Of a stretch of 64,000 nucleotides of DNA, positions 41,194-54,675 are shown piece after piece (position 1 is the first letter of the stretch; every line of letters starts with the position of its first letter). The translations under genes and the position numbers were made by a program. The DNA is from Flaccisagitta enflata (lineage: Eukaryota): positions 16,554,001 to 16,618,000 of the forward strand of contig OZ231126.1 in the NCBI GenBank assembly GCA_965153355.1, given 5' to 3'. The notes under the pieces are model-generated. The model was not told the origin of the DNA. It did not search any database and worked only from the letters and a program-made list of their open reading frames with translations.

Positions 41194-42571
41194 CCCTTTA
41201 TCACCACCTCGAGCACCCCTACAACGACCCAACCCCCAAAATCACCATCACATAGCGAGATTTGGATATACCAGAGGAAAGTTTAACCTAAAAATACAAA
41301 ATCACCCCAAATACCCCCTTTATCACCACCTCGGGCACCCCTACAACGACCCAACCCCCAAAATCACCATCACATAGCGAGATTTGGATATACCAGAGGA
41401 AAGTTTAACCTAAAAAATACAAAATCACCCCAAATACCCCCTTTATCACCACCTCGGGCACCCCTACAACGACCCAACCCCCAAAATCACCATCACATAG
41501 CGAGATTTGGATATACCAGAGGAAAGTTTAACCTAAAAATACAAAATCACCCCAAATACCCCTTTATCACCACCTGGCACCCTTTACAACGACCCAACCC
41601 CAAAACACCACATAGCGAGATTTGATATACCAGGAGGAAAAGTTTAACCTAAAAATACAAAATCACCCTAAATACCCCTTTATCACCACCTCGAGCACCC
41701 CTACAACGACCCAACCCCAAAATCACCATCACATAGCGAGATTTGGATATACCAGAGGAAAGTTTAACCTAAAAATACAAAATCACCCCAAATACCCCCT
41801 TTATCACCACCTCGGGCACCCCTACAACGACCCAACCCCCAAAATCACCATCACATAGCGAGATTTGGATATACCAGAGGAAAGTTTAACCTAAAAATAC
41901 AAAATCACCCCAAATACCCCCTTTATCACCACCTCGAGCACCCCTACAACGACCCAACCCCCAAACTCACCATCACATAGCGAGATTTGGATATACCAGA
42001 GGAAAGTTTAACCTAAAAATACAAAATCACCCCAAATACCCCCTTTATCACCACGGGCACCCCTACAACGACCCAACCCCAAAATCACCATCACATAGCG
42101 AGATTTGATATACCAGAGGAAAGTTTAACCTAAAAATACAAAATCACCCCAAATACCCCCTTTATCACCACCTCGAGCACCCCTACAACGACCCAACCCC
42201 CAAAATCACCATCACATAGCGAGATTTGGATATACCAGAGGAAAGTTTAACCTAAAAATACAAAATCACCCCAAATACCCAGACTCGTTATCACCACCTC
42301 GGGCACCCCTACAACGACCCAACCCCCAAAATCACCATCACATAGCGAGATTTGGATATACCAGAGGAAAGTTTAACCTAAAAATACAAAATCACCCCAA
42401 ATACCCCCTTTATCACCACCTCGAGCACCCCTACAACGACCCAACCCCCAAAATCACCATCACATAGCGAGATTTGGATATACCAGAGGAAAGTTTAACC
42501 TAAAAATACAAAATCACCCCAAATACCCCCTTTATCACCACCTCGGGCACCCCTACAACGACCCAACCCCC
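41194..42571 (+). repeat. ~122-bp satellite array, right part (about 11 units)
   Basis: Same unit and orientation as 34327-37737. Confidence 0.95.
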
Positions 42572-45500
42572 TAAGTCAAAGTTTCCTAGCTTTTGAGGCA
42601 AGGCTTTTCCCCTGATAACCGGTCAACATCCCTCCCACCTCCACCGTTCATATTTCGATTCATTCAAATGTTTGAATATCATATAGCGTATAGGTTTACA
42701 TTTTTAGGAAATCTTAAAAGCTCCTTCAATCGCAACCCTATTGTATATAGTAGCAGATATGCAAAACTTAAAAGTTTTTTTTCAGTTTTTCACTGAAATT
42801 GTTGATTTCTCTCTCTCAGAGGTGGGTTCTTAATTTCATTTTATATCTGTGACAATATGCAAAAAGCTTTCATAAACCTCCAACAATTATGAGTTTTTTT
42901 AAACGCGACTCTATGACCCACTGTCTTTCTGTCTGTCTATCCGTCCGTCGGTTGGTCTGTCTGTTTGTCGGTTTGTCACACCTTTTTTTTTTTTTGCTGT
43001 TTTACATCGTTTAAAGTCATTTTAAGTCATTTTACATTCTGTCTTTTAGTCTTGATGACCGCACGCGACTTAGAGGCGTTGGCCTTGTTTTTAGATGCGT
43101 CCGTCAGGAACGCATCTCTATAAGAGGGTCTGTCCGTCCGTCCGTCGGTCCGTCCGTCGGTCCGTCCGTCCGTCCGTATGTCCGTCCGTTACGCAAGTGC
43201 AAAAACCGCGTTTCTCGCCTGTTTTTGGCCATAATGAGATCCTATAATGAATCAAATGATCGACTAACGCGTTTTGAGAGCCTCCTTCACTACCCTTGTC
43301 GTTTCATCTGTCTGTTTGTCCATCTGTCTCTCCATATATGTCACATGTTCAATACACGCAGAGACACAGCCTGGACGCATCTTTGCCCGGTCGGGCTTGT
43401 TCTTTAATGGCATGAAACCCTACTTGATGAATTTCAGTGATAATTTGGAGACTGACAGAAACAGGTGACGCAATATTGTTGCGGACGGGTGGGCAGGGGC
43501 AACCGACCCCGATCAACTCCCCTTGCCCCCCAACCTCAACCACACACAAACACCATAAACGCTGTTTTTAGTTGCAGACTAGCGACTCTATAAGAGGCTT
43601 TATCCGTTCATCGGTTGGTCGGTTGGTCGGTCCGTTGAGGTCATCGAGCTGCGAAAATGAGCATTTCCGCTTCGCCCACCCATCTGCGGCTGGTATTGGC
43701 CGTGTATCAGGTATTGTTCCACTTTTTAGTCACAGACATGCGACTCTACACCTTGCCGTGTAGGCCGGTCCGTCTGTCGGTCCGCCCGTCCATCACATTT
43801 CTGAATTCTGAGCAGTTTTTGCGGTACTGCTCCTGCCCAACCTTCCTCAACTGGATTGCCGTGTATCCGGCCTTGTTGACTCATGCTAACGGCCGGACGG
43901 AGCAACGGACGGACGGAGCAACGGAGGATGGACCAACGGACGGACGGACAAAGCCCGCAACTAAAAACAACTGTGAGATGCTCCCAGACACAAGTTGACC
44001 AGCGTATAGTCGCATGCACGCAACTGAAGATGTCACATTAAGGTATGAACATATACACTTTGACATAGACGTAATGACAATTGCGTTATTCAAAAGAATC
44101 AGATTAACATGAGGCGGCCGTGAATTCCGTGACAAATTTTTATGAGCCACGTGGCCCGCTCTTGCGCTCTGCCGCGCCTCGCTCGCTCGTTCTATTTTTT
44201 TGACAGGATTGCTTAATCACTTCGCTCACTTGCTCGTGTAGACATAAACCTACGCTCGTCTTCGCCGGTCCAGCGGAATTTTCCGATTCAACTTTTTATG
44301 GCGGCCGGTCCGAAGACAGTTACCGCGTTGCCATTTTTTAAAAATATTGCTATCAAATTTTACATCATTACAAAGCCTAGCATTTAAGCTTTCCTCTGTT
44401 CGTTTTATCTTTATATTACTCCTATTCGTTTAGACGTAGTGATCAAAAGAAGAAACACTGTTCATGATTTCATGAGTCTGAGAACGAAACATGATTAAGA
44501 TTTTTTTTTCTTCTGAGTAGTGGAATCCATCGCGACTTTTTTTACCAAAACTTTGAAAGCTCATATCTCCTGAACGGATTGACCGATTGACTTGATTTTT
44601 TGTATGGTAACATCATATTACCTAGTCTACTGATGTGTGAAGTTTCAAGAAATTTCAGTATGTACAACCACCCGAACCAGCCTACCTACCCAAAAATTTC
44701 AAAAAAGCGTAGGTCTAAAAGTATTCACTAAAATTTTCTTAAATTTTGCATAAAGAACCATCAAACCCTTGGACAAATCCTGGGTAAGTTGTACGGCAAT
44801 CATGTAATTTCTTTGGCCGTAATCGCATAAAGCATTATTTTCACGTTGTCAAAAACATGAAATTCATCGAAGTTTTTAGATGCGTCCTCGCATCTCTATA
44901 AGAGGGTTTGTCCGTCCGTCCGTCGGTCGGTCCGTCGGTCGGTCGGTCGGTCCGTCCGTCCGTCCGTCGGTCGGACCGTTACGCCTGTGCAAAAACCGCG
45001 TTTCTCGGCTGTTTTTGGCCACGGTGAGATCCTACACTGAAACAAATGATCAACCAGCATGTTTTGAGAGCCTCCTCTATTACTCAATCATTTCACCCGT
45101 CTGTTCGTCCATCTGTCTCTCCGTATATGTCACATGATCAATACACGCAGAGACACAGTCCGGACGCATCTTTGCCCTTTCGGGCTTGTTTGATATGATT
45201 GCCTGTCATGACTACCTTGAATAATTGTCAGTGAGCGGTCTCATGTATGAATATTACATGTTTAAAAGTTCACACAGATATCTCTTACCGTTCAAAATAT
45301 ATAAACATTTTTAATAAGTGTGAAAATAGAAACCGCGCAGCGATCTTTCGGCCCCGCGCAGTTCGCAACTTAGTTTTCTGAACTTACGCGATCAACACGA
45401 GACAAACACTTTGGCTGAAACAAATTAACAACATGCGGCCATGTTTTACAAAAAAGCCGACCATTCTCTCGGACATTATTGAAGTCATGATTTAATAAAA

Positions 45501-45732
45501 AAATATTCATAACTAACAAACTATTAATGATAGAATCATGAGATTTTACACATACCATGTTTTCCAACATAGTGCCTACCCATGAAAAAAATCAAGTTCA
45601 TAGAACAAACAGAGCAGATTCTATGTCAAAGTCTACGCTCGTGGGCACCCCATGGTGTGGGTCATGGGCAGGGGCCGATATTTCCCCCGTTTTGTGGCCC
45701 ATAAAGCACCATAAAGTAGCTCGTTTCGTTGA

Positions 45733-45777
<45 letters not shown>

Positions 45778-45779
<2 letters not shown>

Positions 45780-45787
45780 TTGTTGTT

Positions 45788-45847
<60 letters not shown>

Positions 45848-45900
45848 ATCGTTGTCGTCCTCGCCCTCGTCTTCGTCTTCGTCGTCATCCTCTTCGTCAT
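45778..45900. repeat. (GTT)/(GTC)n trinucleotide repeat
   Basis: Read directly. A similar ACG/ACA-rich tract is at 58795-58945. Confidence 0.85.
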
Positions 45901-47114
45901 CATCGGTCTTAGTAACATGGTCATCATCGACAAAATCGTCATCGTTTTTTGTCATTTTTCGTTCTGATACGATAAAAAAATAAAAATGGAAGAAAAAGAA
46001 AGAAAAAGTAAGAAAAAAGTACATAAGACTTAAAAACAACTGAGTAAATCTGGGCTATAAAGTGTTTACTGCCATGTACCAAGTCAGCTGGAAAAAGACG
46101 CAAGATTATATTTAAAATAAAAAAAGGAATATTGTTTAAAAGAAAAACAACGCTTATGACCAGGAACTATGGCCAAGTTTACGACGCATTTAAATCAGTT
46201 CGTCGCACAATTTTTCGGAGAAGAATCAACATGAAAAAGATTGTTAACTTATTTGCTACGTGAAAGACTGTCATCAGGTTGTCAGCAAGCCTCATGTAAC
46301 AATAGACACTGTATCAAGGTATAATTATCTGCCGACAGATTGCAACTATACATTGGGCCTAATGTCCATGACCATAAGTCGTCCGTTTTCCTCAAATCAA
46401 AGATTTTCAGGGCATTTAACCTTGCCGTAAAAAATGTATTTTTGTTCATTTTTTCTAGCCCATTCCCTCTCCCCTAGGCCAAAAACAATGTAAAAACACC
46501 GCCAGTAAAAAACCGGTATCAATTGACCGAGATGAACACAGTCGGAATTCAGTAGGGAAAGATTGAAGCGAAGCATTAGGAGGAGATTTCTTATGAAAAT
46601 GCAACAAATCAAAGTGAGCCTGTACCTGGTCATCGTCATTTCACTATGAGTGAAAATCAAACCCTTACACTAAAGAACGGGGAATTTCGGGAGGTTGCCC
46701 GGCTTAGGTGTTGTAGTGCTCAGTGTAAGCTACAACATCGTGGGTTTATTGGAAAAAAGTCGAATTACGTTATTCGACTTTTTGGAACGTAGGGGAGAAA
46801 TCGGGTTTTCCATTTTTGATTTGGGGAACTTTAGGAAGTTGAGCCATTTCCTGCCTGGGATGATACATTTTTTCATATTCACAGCTAAGAAAGAGCTAAT
46901 TTTTTTCTTTCAAATGGCGCAAACTAGAAGTCTCTAGGATCAATATTTTTGGCGCTATGAATTTTTTAATCTTTTTTAATTTTTCGCATTTTCGCAAAGA
47001 TTGATATATTTCATTGATCCCAAATTTTTCCACTAATGTAACAACAGAGAATAGTCAAGATGTTACGCAAATTTACTCCAACTTTTATGACGCTAGCTTC
47101 AGCATTTTACTCTG

Positions 47115-47219
<105 letters not shown>

Positions 47220-47249
47220 AAGAGAGAGAGACAGAGAGAGAGACAGAGA

Positions 47250-47350
<101 letters not shown>

Positions 47351-47861
47351 ACACACGCACGCACACGCACAAAGACAAAGGAAGATGGAAAAGCAAAGAG
47401 AGACAGAGATTGAATAACAAAAACTGACAAGCAATCAACCAGACATCATGACATGCACACACAGATAAACATGCACTGAAAAAAAGAGACTCCCACTTAC
47501 GACTTTTTTTCGGCCGGCGATTAGCCGCCTTTATTGGTATTTCCCATACTGAGGTGACGTTTTGTGACGTTTTGAAAAAACTGAAAGAGAGGTAAGGTGA
47601 TGTTCTACAACACATTTTACTCATTTCAAATTTTTTTCCTCTAATCTCGCACTGTGCACCGGAGACAAGCCCGACCGGGCAACGATACGTCCGGACAGTA
47701 TCTCTGCGTGTATTGATCATGTGACGTATATATGGAGTGACAGATGGACGAACAGACGGGTAAAACGACTGAGTAGTAAAGGAGGCTCTCAAATCATGTT
47801 GGTTGATCATTTGTTTCAGTATAGGATCTCACCGTGGCTAAAGACAGTCTAAAAACGCGGT

Positions 47862-48484
47862 TTTTGGGCAGCGGCCCCGAAGGGGCCGATGACCTATGCT
47901 TCCACACAGGAGAAATTTCTCCTCCTTCTCCTCCGTCCGTCCACCCCCTTATGAGGCCTTAATCCCAGCCTTGAGGCTCAAATCCCAGCCTCGAGGCTCA
48001 AATCCCAGCCTCAAGGCTCAAATCCCAGTCTTCAGGGCTCAAATCCCAGTCTTCAGGGCTCAAATCTCAGTCTCGTAGCTCAAATCCTAGCCAGGGGGCT
48101 TTAATCCCAGCCTGGATGCTCGAAACCCAGCCTGGATGCTCGAAACCCAGCTTGGATGCTCAGATCCCAGCCTGGAAGCTCAAATCCCAGCCTCAAGGCT
48201 CAAATCCCAGACTCAAGGCTCAAATCCCAGCCTAAAGGCTCAAATTCCAACCTTGAGGCTCAAATCCCATTCTTAAGGCTCAAATCCCATTCTTAAGGCT
48301 CAAATCCCAGCCTTAAGGCTCAAATTCAAGCCTTAAGGCTCAAATCCCAGCCTTGAAGCTCCAAACTTGCTAAGCATAGGTCATCGGCCCCTTCGGGGCC
48401 GCTGCCCCTCTTACCACCATACATTCACAAAAACTCACATGGGGGCAACGGGAACCGCTGACCATCTAACGCTTTTGCGACTAT
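47862..48484 (+). mobile_element. Minisatellite-carrying element (20-bp GGCTCAAATCCCAGCCTTGA array) nested in a HINE-like copy (47665-48592, minus)
   Basis: 5' TTTTGGGCAGCGGCCCCGAAGGGGCCGATGACCTATGCT, its inverted copy GCATAGGTCATCGGCCCCTTCGGGGCCGCTGCCC after the array, and a 3' module GCAACGGG(A/T)ACCGCTGACCATCTAACGCTTTTGCGACTA. Confidence 0.8.
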
Positions 48485-49790
48485 TACACTTGCATAACGG
48501 ACAGACGGACGGACGGACGGACGGACGGACGAACGCACGGACCGACGGTCGGACACACCCTCTTATAGAGATCCTGACGGACGCATCTAAAAACCAGCAG
48601 GCACGGTTGCGGGACAGAAATCAAGCGGGCATATAAAAGAGTACATGGAAGACTTATAACTTATACTTGCAGGAAGAGCGACACTGATGGTCATGGATTG
48701 GGAAATCAGAGAATCTCGTCGGCGTTTTTGGAAAGTTAGGAAATTTGCATTCAGTTACAGTTTTGTATACAATATAATAAGATCTTTTTGCCTAAATTTG
48801 TGTGAAATTTTGTTTTTAATGGTGTTGCCAAACCCTTTGGTTATATCCCCAAAAGTTCAGAAAATCATTACCACATACATATCAAATTTACGCTTTTTGA
48901 CTATGAATGATAATATCTCAACTTTTAATGAAATTACCGAAAATCATGGCTCCAAAAAACTATTAAAATTTTTTTTTTTTTTTTTTTGAATATACCAAAA
49001 TTTTTAGTAGCAATGTTTCAGCTTAATAAAGTTAAATTGCTGAAATTTGAGATAGAAAACTGGCTGAAACAGTTTTGCAGCACTTCTAAAATAGCCATGC
49101 AGTTTTTTTTTCTAATAGCTAATCCCTTATTGTTCAACCTTAAAACAAATTTTCAACCTTTGCTTCAAATACGCCAATATGATTTGATTTGGCCCATAAG
49201 GAACTGGCCTACCAGAAAGAGTGAAGGTGTGGCGGGGAGAGCCAGAGGCACAAACGGGAAAAGAGACAAAAACATTCCTCGGTAGAGAGCAGATAGTGGA
49301 GACGGATACAGGCAGACAGGCAGGGCCAAGTACTGGCTGAGACGAAGACAAAGGGGTTGAAAGAAAGAATCGAAAATTATTAACGGACAGACGGACAGGG
49401 ATCAGGGGAAGCGAGCAGATAAATGACGGCCACAAAAGACAGCAACACCCGCTGGTGAACAATAACTGTGAACAAATTCGGCCTTAAAATCGCCGTGAGG
49501 GAAGCACAAAGCGACGATAACGAGAGGGAACGGCTTTAGAACTTAGTACACAGGCACCCATAAAAGAACACACGTACATGTACGCGTCTTTCCAAAAGGC
49601 AGCCAAAAATATGACAAACCGAAAGCCTGTTCACATCCAATTGGCAACTTATTGCAGTGCCATTGGTTATATCCAGTCAACGATGTAAGACTCACAAGAT
49701 TTTAATCTTTTATATAAATAGCCTCTCCATCTTTCTCTTTCTCCCTCTTATTGCCGAAGTTGGAGAGGCGGAAAGATGGATTGGCGGAGA

Positions 49791-50281
49791 GATGGAGAGG
49801 CGGAATGATGGAGAGGCGGAATGATGGAGAGGCGGAATGATGGAGAGGCGGAATGATGGAGAGGCGGAATGATGGAGAGGCGGAATGATGGAGAGGCGGA
49901 AAGATGGAGAGGCGGAAAGATGGAGAGGCGGAAAGATGGAGAGGCGGAAAGATGGAGAGGCGGAAAGATGGAGAGGCGGAAAGATGGAGAGGCGGAAAGA
50001 TGGAGAGGCGGAAAGATGGAGAGGCGGAAAGATGGAGAGGCGGAAAGATGGAGAGGCGGAAAGATGGAGAGGCGGAAAGATGGAGAGGCGGAAAGATGGA
50101 GAGGCGGAAAGATGGAGAGGCGGAAAGATGGAGAGGCGGAAAGATGGAGAGGCGGAAAGATGGAGAGGCGGAAAGATGGAGAGGCGGAAAGATGGAGAGG
50201 CGGAAAGATGGAGAGGCGGAAAGATGGAGAGGCGGAAAGATGGAGAGGCGGAAAGATGGAGAGGCGGAAAGATGGAGAGGC
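49791..50281. repeat. 16-bp minisatellite (GATGGAGAGGCGGAAA)n, about 30 units
   Basis: Read directly; explains the six repetitive-type ORFs at 49.7-50.5 kb. Confidence 0.95.
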
Positions 50282-50304
50282 AATTTCTATAAAAGACTAA
50301 CACC

Positions 50305-50930
50305 TTTTGGGCAGCGGCCCCGAAGGGGACAAAGTCCTTTAGAACACAGGGGGACTTTCGTTTGTCAGTCCTTCCTTCCGTCCTTCCATTCGTCCCCCCA
50401 TTTGCCCTCTCAGGCCATAAATCTGTCCTCACAGGCCTGAAATCTGCCCTCTCAGGCCTGAAATCTGCCATCTCATGCCTGAAATATGCCCTCTCAAGCC
50501 TAAAATCTGCCATCTAATGCCTGAAATCTACCCTCTCAGGCCTGAAATCTGCCATCTCAGGCCCAAAATCTGTCCTTAGACCTGAAATCAGCCCTTTCAG
50601 ACCTGAAATTGGCTTCCTCAGGCCTGAAACTAGCCCGCTCAGTCCTGAAGTTGGCCCCCTCAGACTTGAAATCCACCCTCCTAAGCTTCTCAGGCATCAA
50701 CTCAGCCCTAAGGCCTTAAATCTGCTATCTCTGGCCTCAAATTAACCATTTCAGGCCATCAATCTACCCTCACAGGCCATTTGCCATCTCAGGACTAACG
50801 AAAGTCCCCCTGTGTTCTACAGGACTTCGTTCCCTTTGGAGCAGCTGCCCTGCTTCCCCTCACTGCAATTCGCAATCATGAAAAGCAGGGCAACGGGTAT
50901 CGCTGACCACATATTGCCCTTGGGCGACCT
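50305..50930 (+). mobile_element. Minisatellite-carrying element (21-bp array), same family as 1475-2356
   Basis: Same termini (GGGCAGCGGCCCCGAAGGGGAC...GAACACAGGGGGACTTTCG) and CAGGCCTGAAATCTGCCCTCT units. Confidence 0.75.
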
Positions 50931-51012
50931 TTTGATCTTTCTGCCTCTCCATCTTGTCTTTCCATAAAGCTATGGCCTATATGGTGCTTATTTGACTCAC
51001 ACATTAACTAAC

Positions 51013-51197
51013 CTGAGCATTGAACACCATATGGACGCCCTGAGGAAGGATGTGTGAAGAATGAACGATGCCGAGAAACTCGAGAATGTGCTCAATCTTG
51101 GCTTCGTACGGCAGACCTCGAAGGCGAATGCAATCCTTTTTGTGCGTAGCGGTGGCCAGAATGGTCGGAACTGCCAACGTCGGTGGCAGCATCGCGA
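51013..51197 (-). CDS. ESRP1: ESRP/fusilli exon: N-terminal half of qRRM3 (...[46 protein letters not shown])
   Basis: [10 protein letters not shown] and GVHMV.N.Q are ESRP RRM3 signatures. Acceptor gtctcag| (alternative in-frame acceptor giving start 51218) and donor |GTTAGT. Phase 1-0. Confidence 0.92.
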
Positions 51198-51551
51198 CTG
51201 AGACGGACAAAATGGGAACTAGGCTAAATCATGCTTGCCTCTTAATCAGCCCAAATTTTTTCTGCCTCGAACTTTAAGCATAGCTGTGAAACTCCTTCCT
51301 AAAAGAGTCTATACGAAATAAGGCATATGATTCATCATATACAATTTATACATGTATGGCAAAGAAAAGCAATCGTTCAAACAACTATACACAAAGCACT
51401 GGGGCAACATCCAACGTACCAACAACTAGAGCGGCGCGCACAAGATGAAATCGGTTTAATCAGCTGCAGCCTGTTAACCTCCAATGGCCCAACACTCAAA
51501 GAGGCATGTAAACTTAAAATGGCCCAAGTCCAATAACCCATCAGTACTCAC

Positions 51552-51713
51552 TCGAATTTGCGACGTTGGGGATAAGATAGGGCGAGTGGGGGCTGGCGGC
51601 CACTTGACTGACCGCAGACATGACTGTATTCGGAGGCGGCATCGACGGCAGGGTCGGTGACAGAAGGGAAGCGCCGACGGAAGGCAACGATAGAGGACCC
51701 AATGACTGGGAGG
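51552..51713 (-). CDS. ESRP1: ESRP/fusilli Pro/Ser-rich linker exon (ASQSLGPLSLPSVGASLLSPTLPSMPPPNTVMSAVSQVAASPHSPYLIPNVANS)
   Basis: Acceptor tgttcag| and donor |GTGAGT. 162 nt, phase 1-1, in frame with both neighbours. Confidence 0.75.
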
Positions 51714-51923
51714 CTGAACAGATGAATATCGGGGAAAAACTTGACCGTTGATATTTCCTTGCGCCCTTAGTCCAAACGTATGTCGGTCAGTCAATCAGAA
51801 CCTCCCACCCTCTCAGTTGCTTAACTTCTTGAAATCAGTCGCCTGGCTCTTTGCTTTTTGCTTCGATACTGTTTTCGGTGTCAATACACTCGCAGGAAAA
51901 AATCTTCATTTGTTTGTAGTTAC

Positions 51924-52008
51924 CTTCGGTGGTGACCTGATTGTAGTTGGTGTCTTTTGTGGCACTTGGCTGGCTGCTCTTCAACGTCACTGAGGACCTT
52001 TTGCAAAC
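51924..52008 (-). CDS. ESRP1: ESRP/fusilli exon after RRM2 (VCKRSSVTLKSSQPSATKDTNYNQVTTE)
   Basis: Acceptor cctacag| and donor |GTAACT, phase 0-1. Continues ...AEVQQ|V..R as in ESRP. Confidence 0.75.
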
Positions 52009-53352
52009 CTGTAGGTAGACGAAAGAGATAAAAATGAAACAGTAGATGTCGTCAAGACCTAGAGTTATGGAGGAATTCACGAGAAAAAAATAAATGAAAC
52101 AGAGATTTATAATATAATACTTTGAATCTCGACTTAAACAAAACAAAATAAAACAATGGTAGTGCACTATTCGACTATAAGTCTTGGGCCGCCTAGTGAG
52201 TAGGTAATCATATTCTGACATCGCATTTTTACTGGCGTCTTTGGAAAGTTGCGTCATGGTTACTTCCCTACTAAAAACTATTTCATCGAAATGTTATTAT
52301 CTCAGTGGGAACGCAAGAAAATGTGTTTCTAAATCAATTGATGTCCATCATCAATAGAGCATTTTCTTATTAATTTATATTTCAAATTAGTCTCTATATC
52401 CATCTTTAATATCTGTTTTTTTTTTAGTGTGAATACCCCTGTATTTCCAAGCAAAATGACATCTACTGTAGTATTCAGAAAGGCAAACAGAGTGACTAAC
52501 GGAAAGACAAAGGTGTGACAAACACAGTGTCGCGACTGACGGGTAGAAAAAACAAGCCCGGATACATGGCTACCTTAGTCGCGTGCGGGTGGGCAGGGGC
52601 AGTATTTGAGTTACTAAAGCACTTGGGCAAGTGCAGTGAGGCCAAAGACCGCAAAAACATAAAAAAAGTAAAATGGGGACCGACCGACCGACCAACCAAC
52701 CAACTGACCGACGAACAGATAAAGCGGGGTGTAGTGTCGCGTAGCACGCGACTAAAAAGTGATCACATGGATGGACACTGCCCATTGGACAGACAGAAAA
52801 GCACTTAGTTAGTATTATACTTTCATAGTAGGAGACTAAGAAAAAGGCAAAAGGCGTGTATAATAAAGATGAGGAAAAAGAAGATTTTTGAAAATTTGAA
52901 CTTCGAAAAAAGTTGGTGATCTTCGAAGTTGAAAGTAGCCACAAAGTGACAAACACAACTCTCGAAGATGTATACTGCAGAAGTGCCAAAACCAGCATAG
53001 ATAACGGATGAGCCAATAAAACAAAGATAATCCAATATTTCCCACTTTGCCACAGGAAGGCTTAGTAACAAGCAACATCGACGAGAACAATGAGGGATAT
53101 TATTTCAAGGCTAAAAATCAATATCAACATATTTTTCCAGTTGTTAATCTTTTAGCAATGGAAACCATCTTGAGTGCATTTATAGATAGTACACGGTCAC
53201 TAAGAACTCGCTTACGGGTGGGCTGGGGCAATAATGCTAGTGGGCAGGGGCAACGATGCTAGTAGGCAGGGGCAGTAATGAGAATGGGCACTGGGCAGGG
53301 ACATTATTATGGCGGCAGGGGCTGTAACGTGAAAATAGAATGTGGAACTAAC

Positions 53353-53568
53353 CTGTTGCACCTCTGCCGTGGTAGATCGAAAGAGTTCGATGTATCGCGT
53401 GCCGATAGTTTCCTTGTTCCTTTTCAAAGCGATTTCCGCGTCGCGGTCGTGTTCAAACATGACGAAGGCGTCTCCAGTGGCGCGGCCGTCTCCCATACGA
53501 ACGAACAAAATGCCATCTTCACCGTCCAAAATCTGCGTCGTCGGATCCCCCTCGCAGAAGAACTCGTT
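53353..53568 (-). CDS. ESRP1: ESRP/fusilli exon: C-terminal part of qRRM2 ([72 protein letters not shown])
   Basis: GILFV...DGR.TGDAFV.F and [14 protein letters not shown] are diagnostic. 216 nt, phase 0-0, acceptor atgtag| and donor |GTTAGT. Confidence 0.95.
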
Positions 53569-54349
53569 CTACATTCATTCAACGTGGAAGGAGAACAAAC
53601 AGAAAAAAAAACAAAAGGGAGGGAAAGAAATAGAAGAGGGAAACAAGAGGGAAGCCAAAGACCGAATGAGAACAAAAAAAGAAAAAAAAAAAGATATGGA
53701 AAAACATGGGAAAGTAAGGACGAGCCAAGAATAGAGGAAAGAATTTCAGGGAACGGCAGGAATGGCAGGAATGGAGAGAAGGAAAGAAGGGAACAACGAT
53801 ACCAATAGCAAAAGGACTTAAAAATGAGAATTGATAGGAGGAAATGAAGGAAGGGTGAAAAGCACCGAGGGAAGGACGAAGGCATGGATTTGAAAGAATT
53901 GAATGAGATGGAAAGGATTCAAAAAGGTGTTGAGTAGCAAGTGAGAGAGCTTAGAAAGGATGGGCGGGAGACAGAAGATACGAAATAAGAGTAGGAAGTG
54001 TAGAAAGAAAGCAAAAGGGAAAAAGGTGAAAGGAAAGAAAAGAAAAGATATTTGGGGATGAAGCTGAGGGAAACATGGTAAATAGAATGGAAGGTAAACG
54101 TGAGCAGAGCGTAAAGGAAAGAAAGGGATATAGAAGCGAATGTCAATAGGATTTGAAAACAAGACACGGTTGTTGAGATGGGAGAAGAAAAGTAAGATGA
54201 ATGGGGCATTAAATGGAAAGAAAAATGGGTCGTTAAAAGGTAAAGATAAGGGAGGAACGAGAAAAATAGAGGCGAGTGGAGGAAAAGAATTGAGAAAGGA
54301 GAAAGAGAGAGAGGAGTTGGAAGAAAAAGTGAGAGGAGAGGGGAGAGGA

Positions 54350-54675
54350 GAAAAAGTGAGAGTGGAGGGGAGAAATAATGAGAGGGGAGGGAGAAAGAAA
54401 AAGAGGGGAGGGGAGAAAGAGTGAGAGGAGAGGGGAGAATGAGTGAGAGGGAAGGGAGAAAGAGTTAGAGGGGAGGGGAGAAAGGGTGAGAGGGGAGGGG
54501 AGAAAGAGTGATAGGAGAGGGGAGAAAGAGTTAGTGTGGAGGGGAGAAAGAGTGAGAGGGAAGGGGAGAAAGAGTGAGAGGGAAGGGGAGAAAGAGTGAG
54601 AGGGAAGGGGAGAAAGAGTGAGAGGGAAGGGGAGAAAGAGTGAGAGTGGAGGGGAGAGAGAGTTAGAGGGGAGGA
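54350..54675. repeat. Purine-rich ~22-bp minisatellite (GAGTGAGAGGGAAGGGGAGAAA)n
   Basis: Read directly; lies in an ESRP intron. Confidence 0.85.

Noticed and set aside
45662-46039. Acidic poly-Asp ORF as an exon
   Set aside because: There is an acceptor-like site near 45965, but the ORF runs into (GAC)/(AAC)/(CT) microsatellites with no convincing donor.
49702-50513. 135-267 aa repetitive ORFs on both strands
   Set aside because: They are products of a stop-free 16-bp minisatellite.
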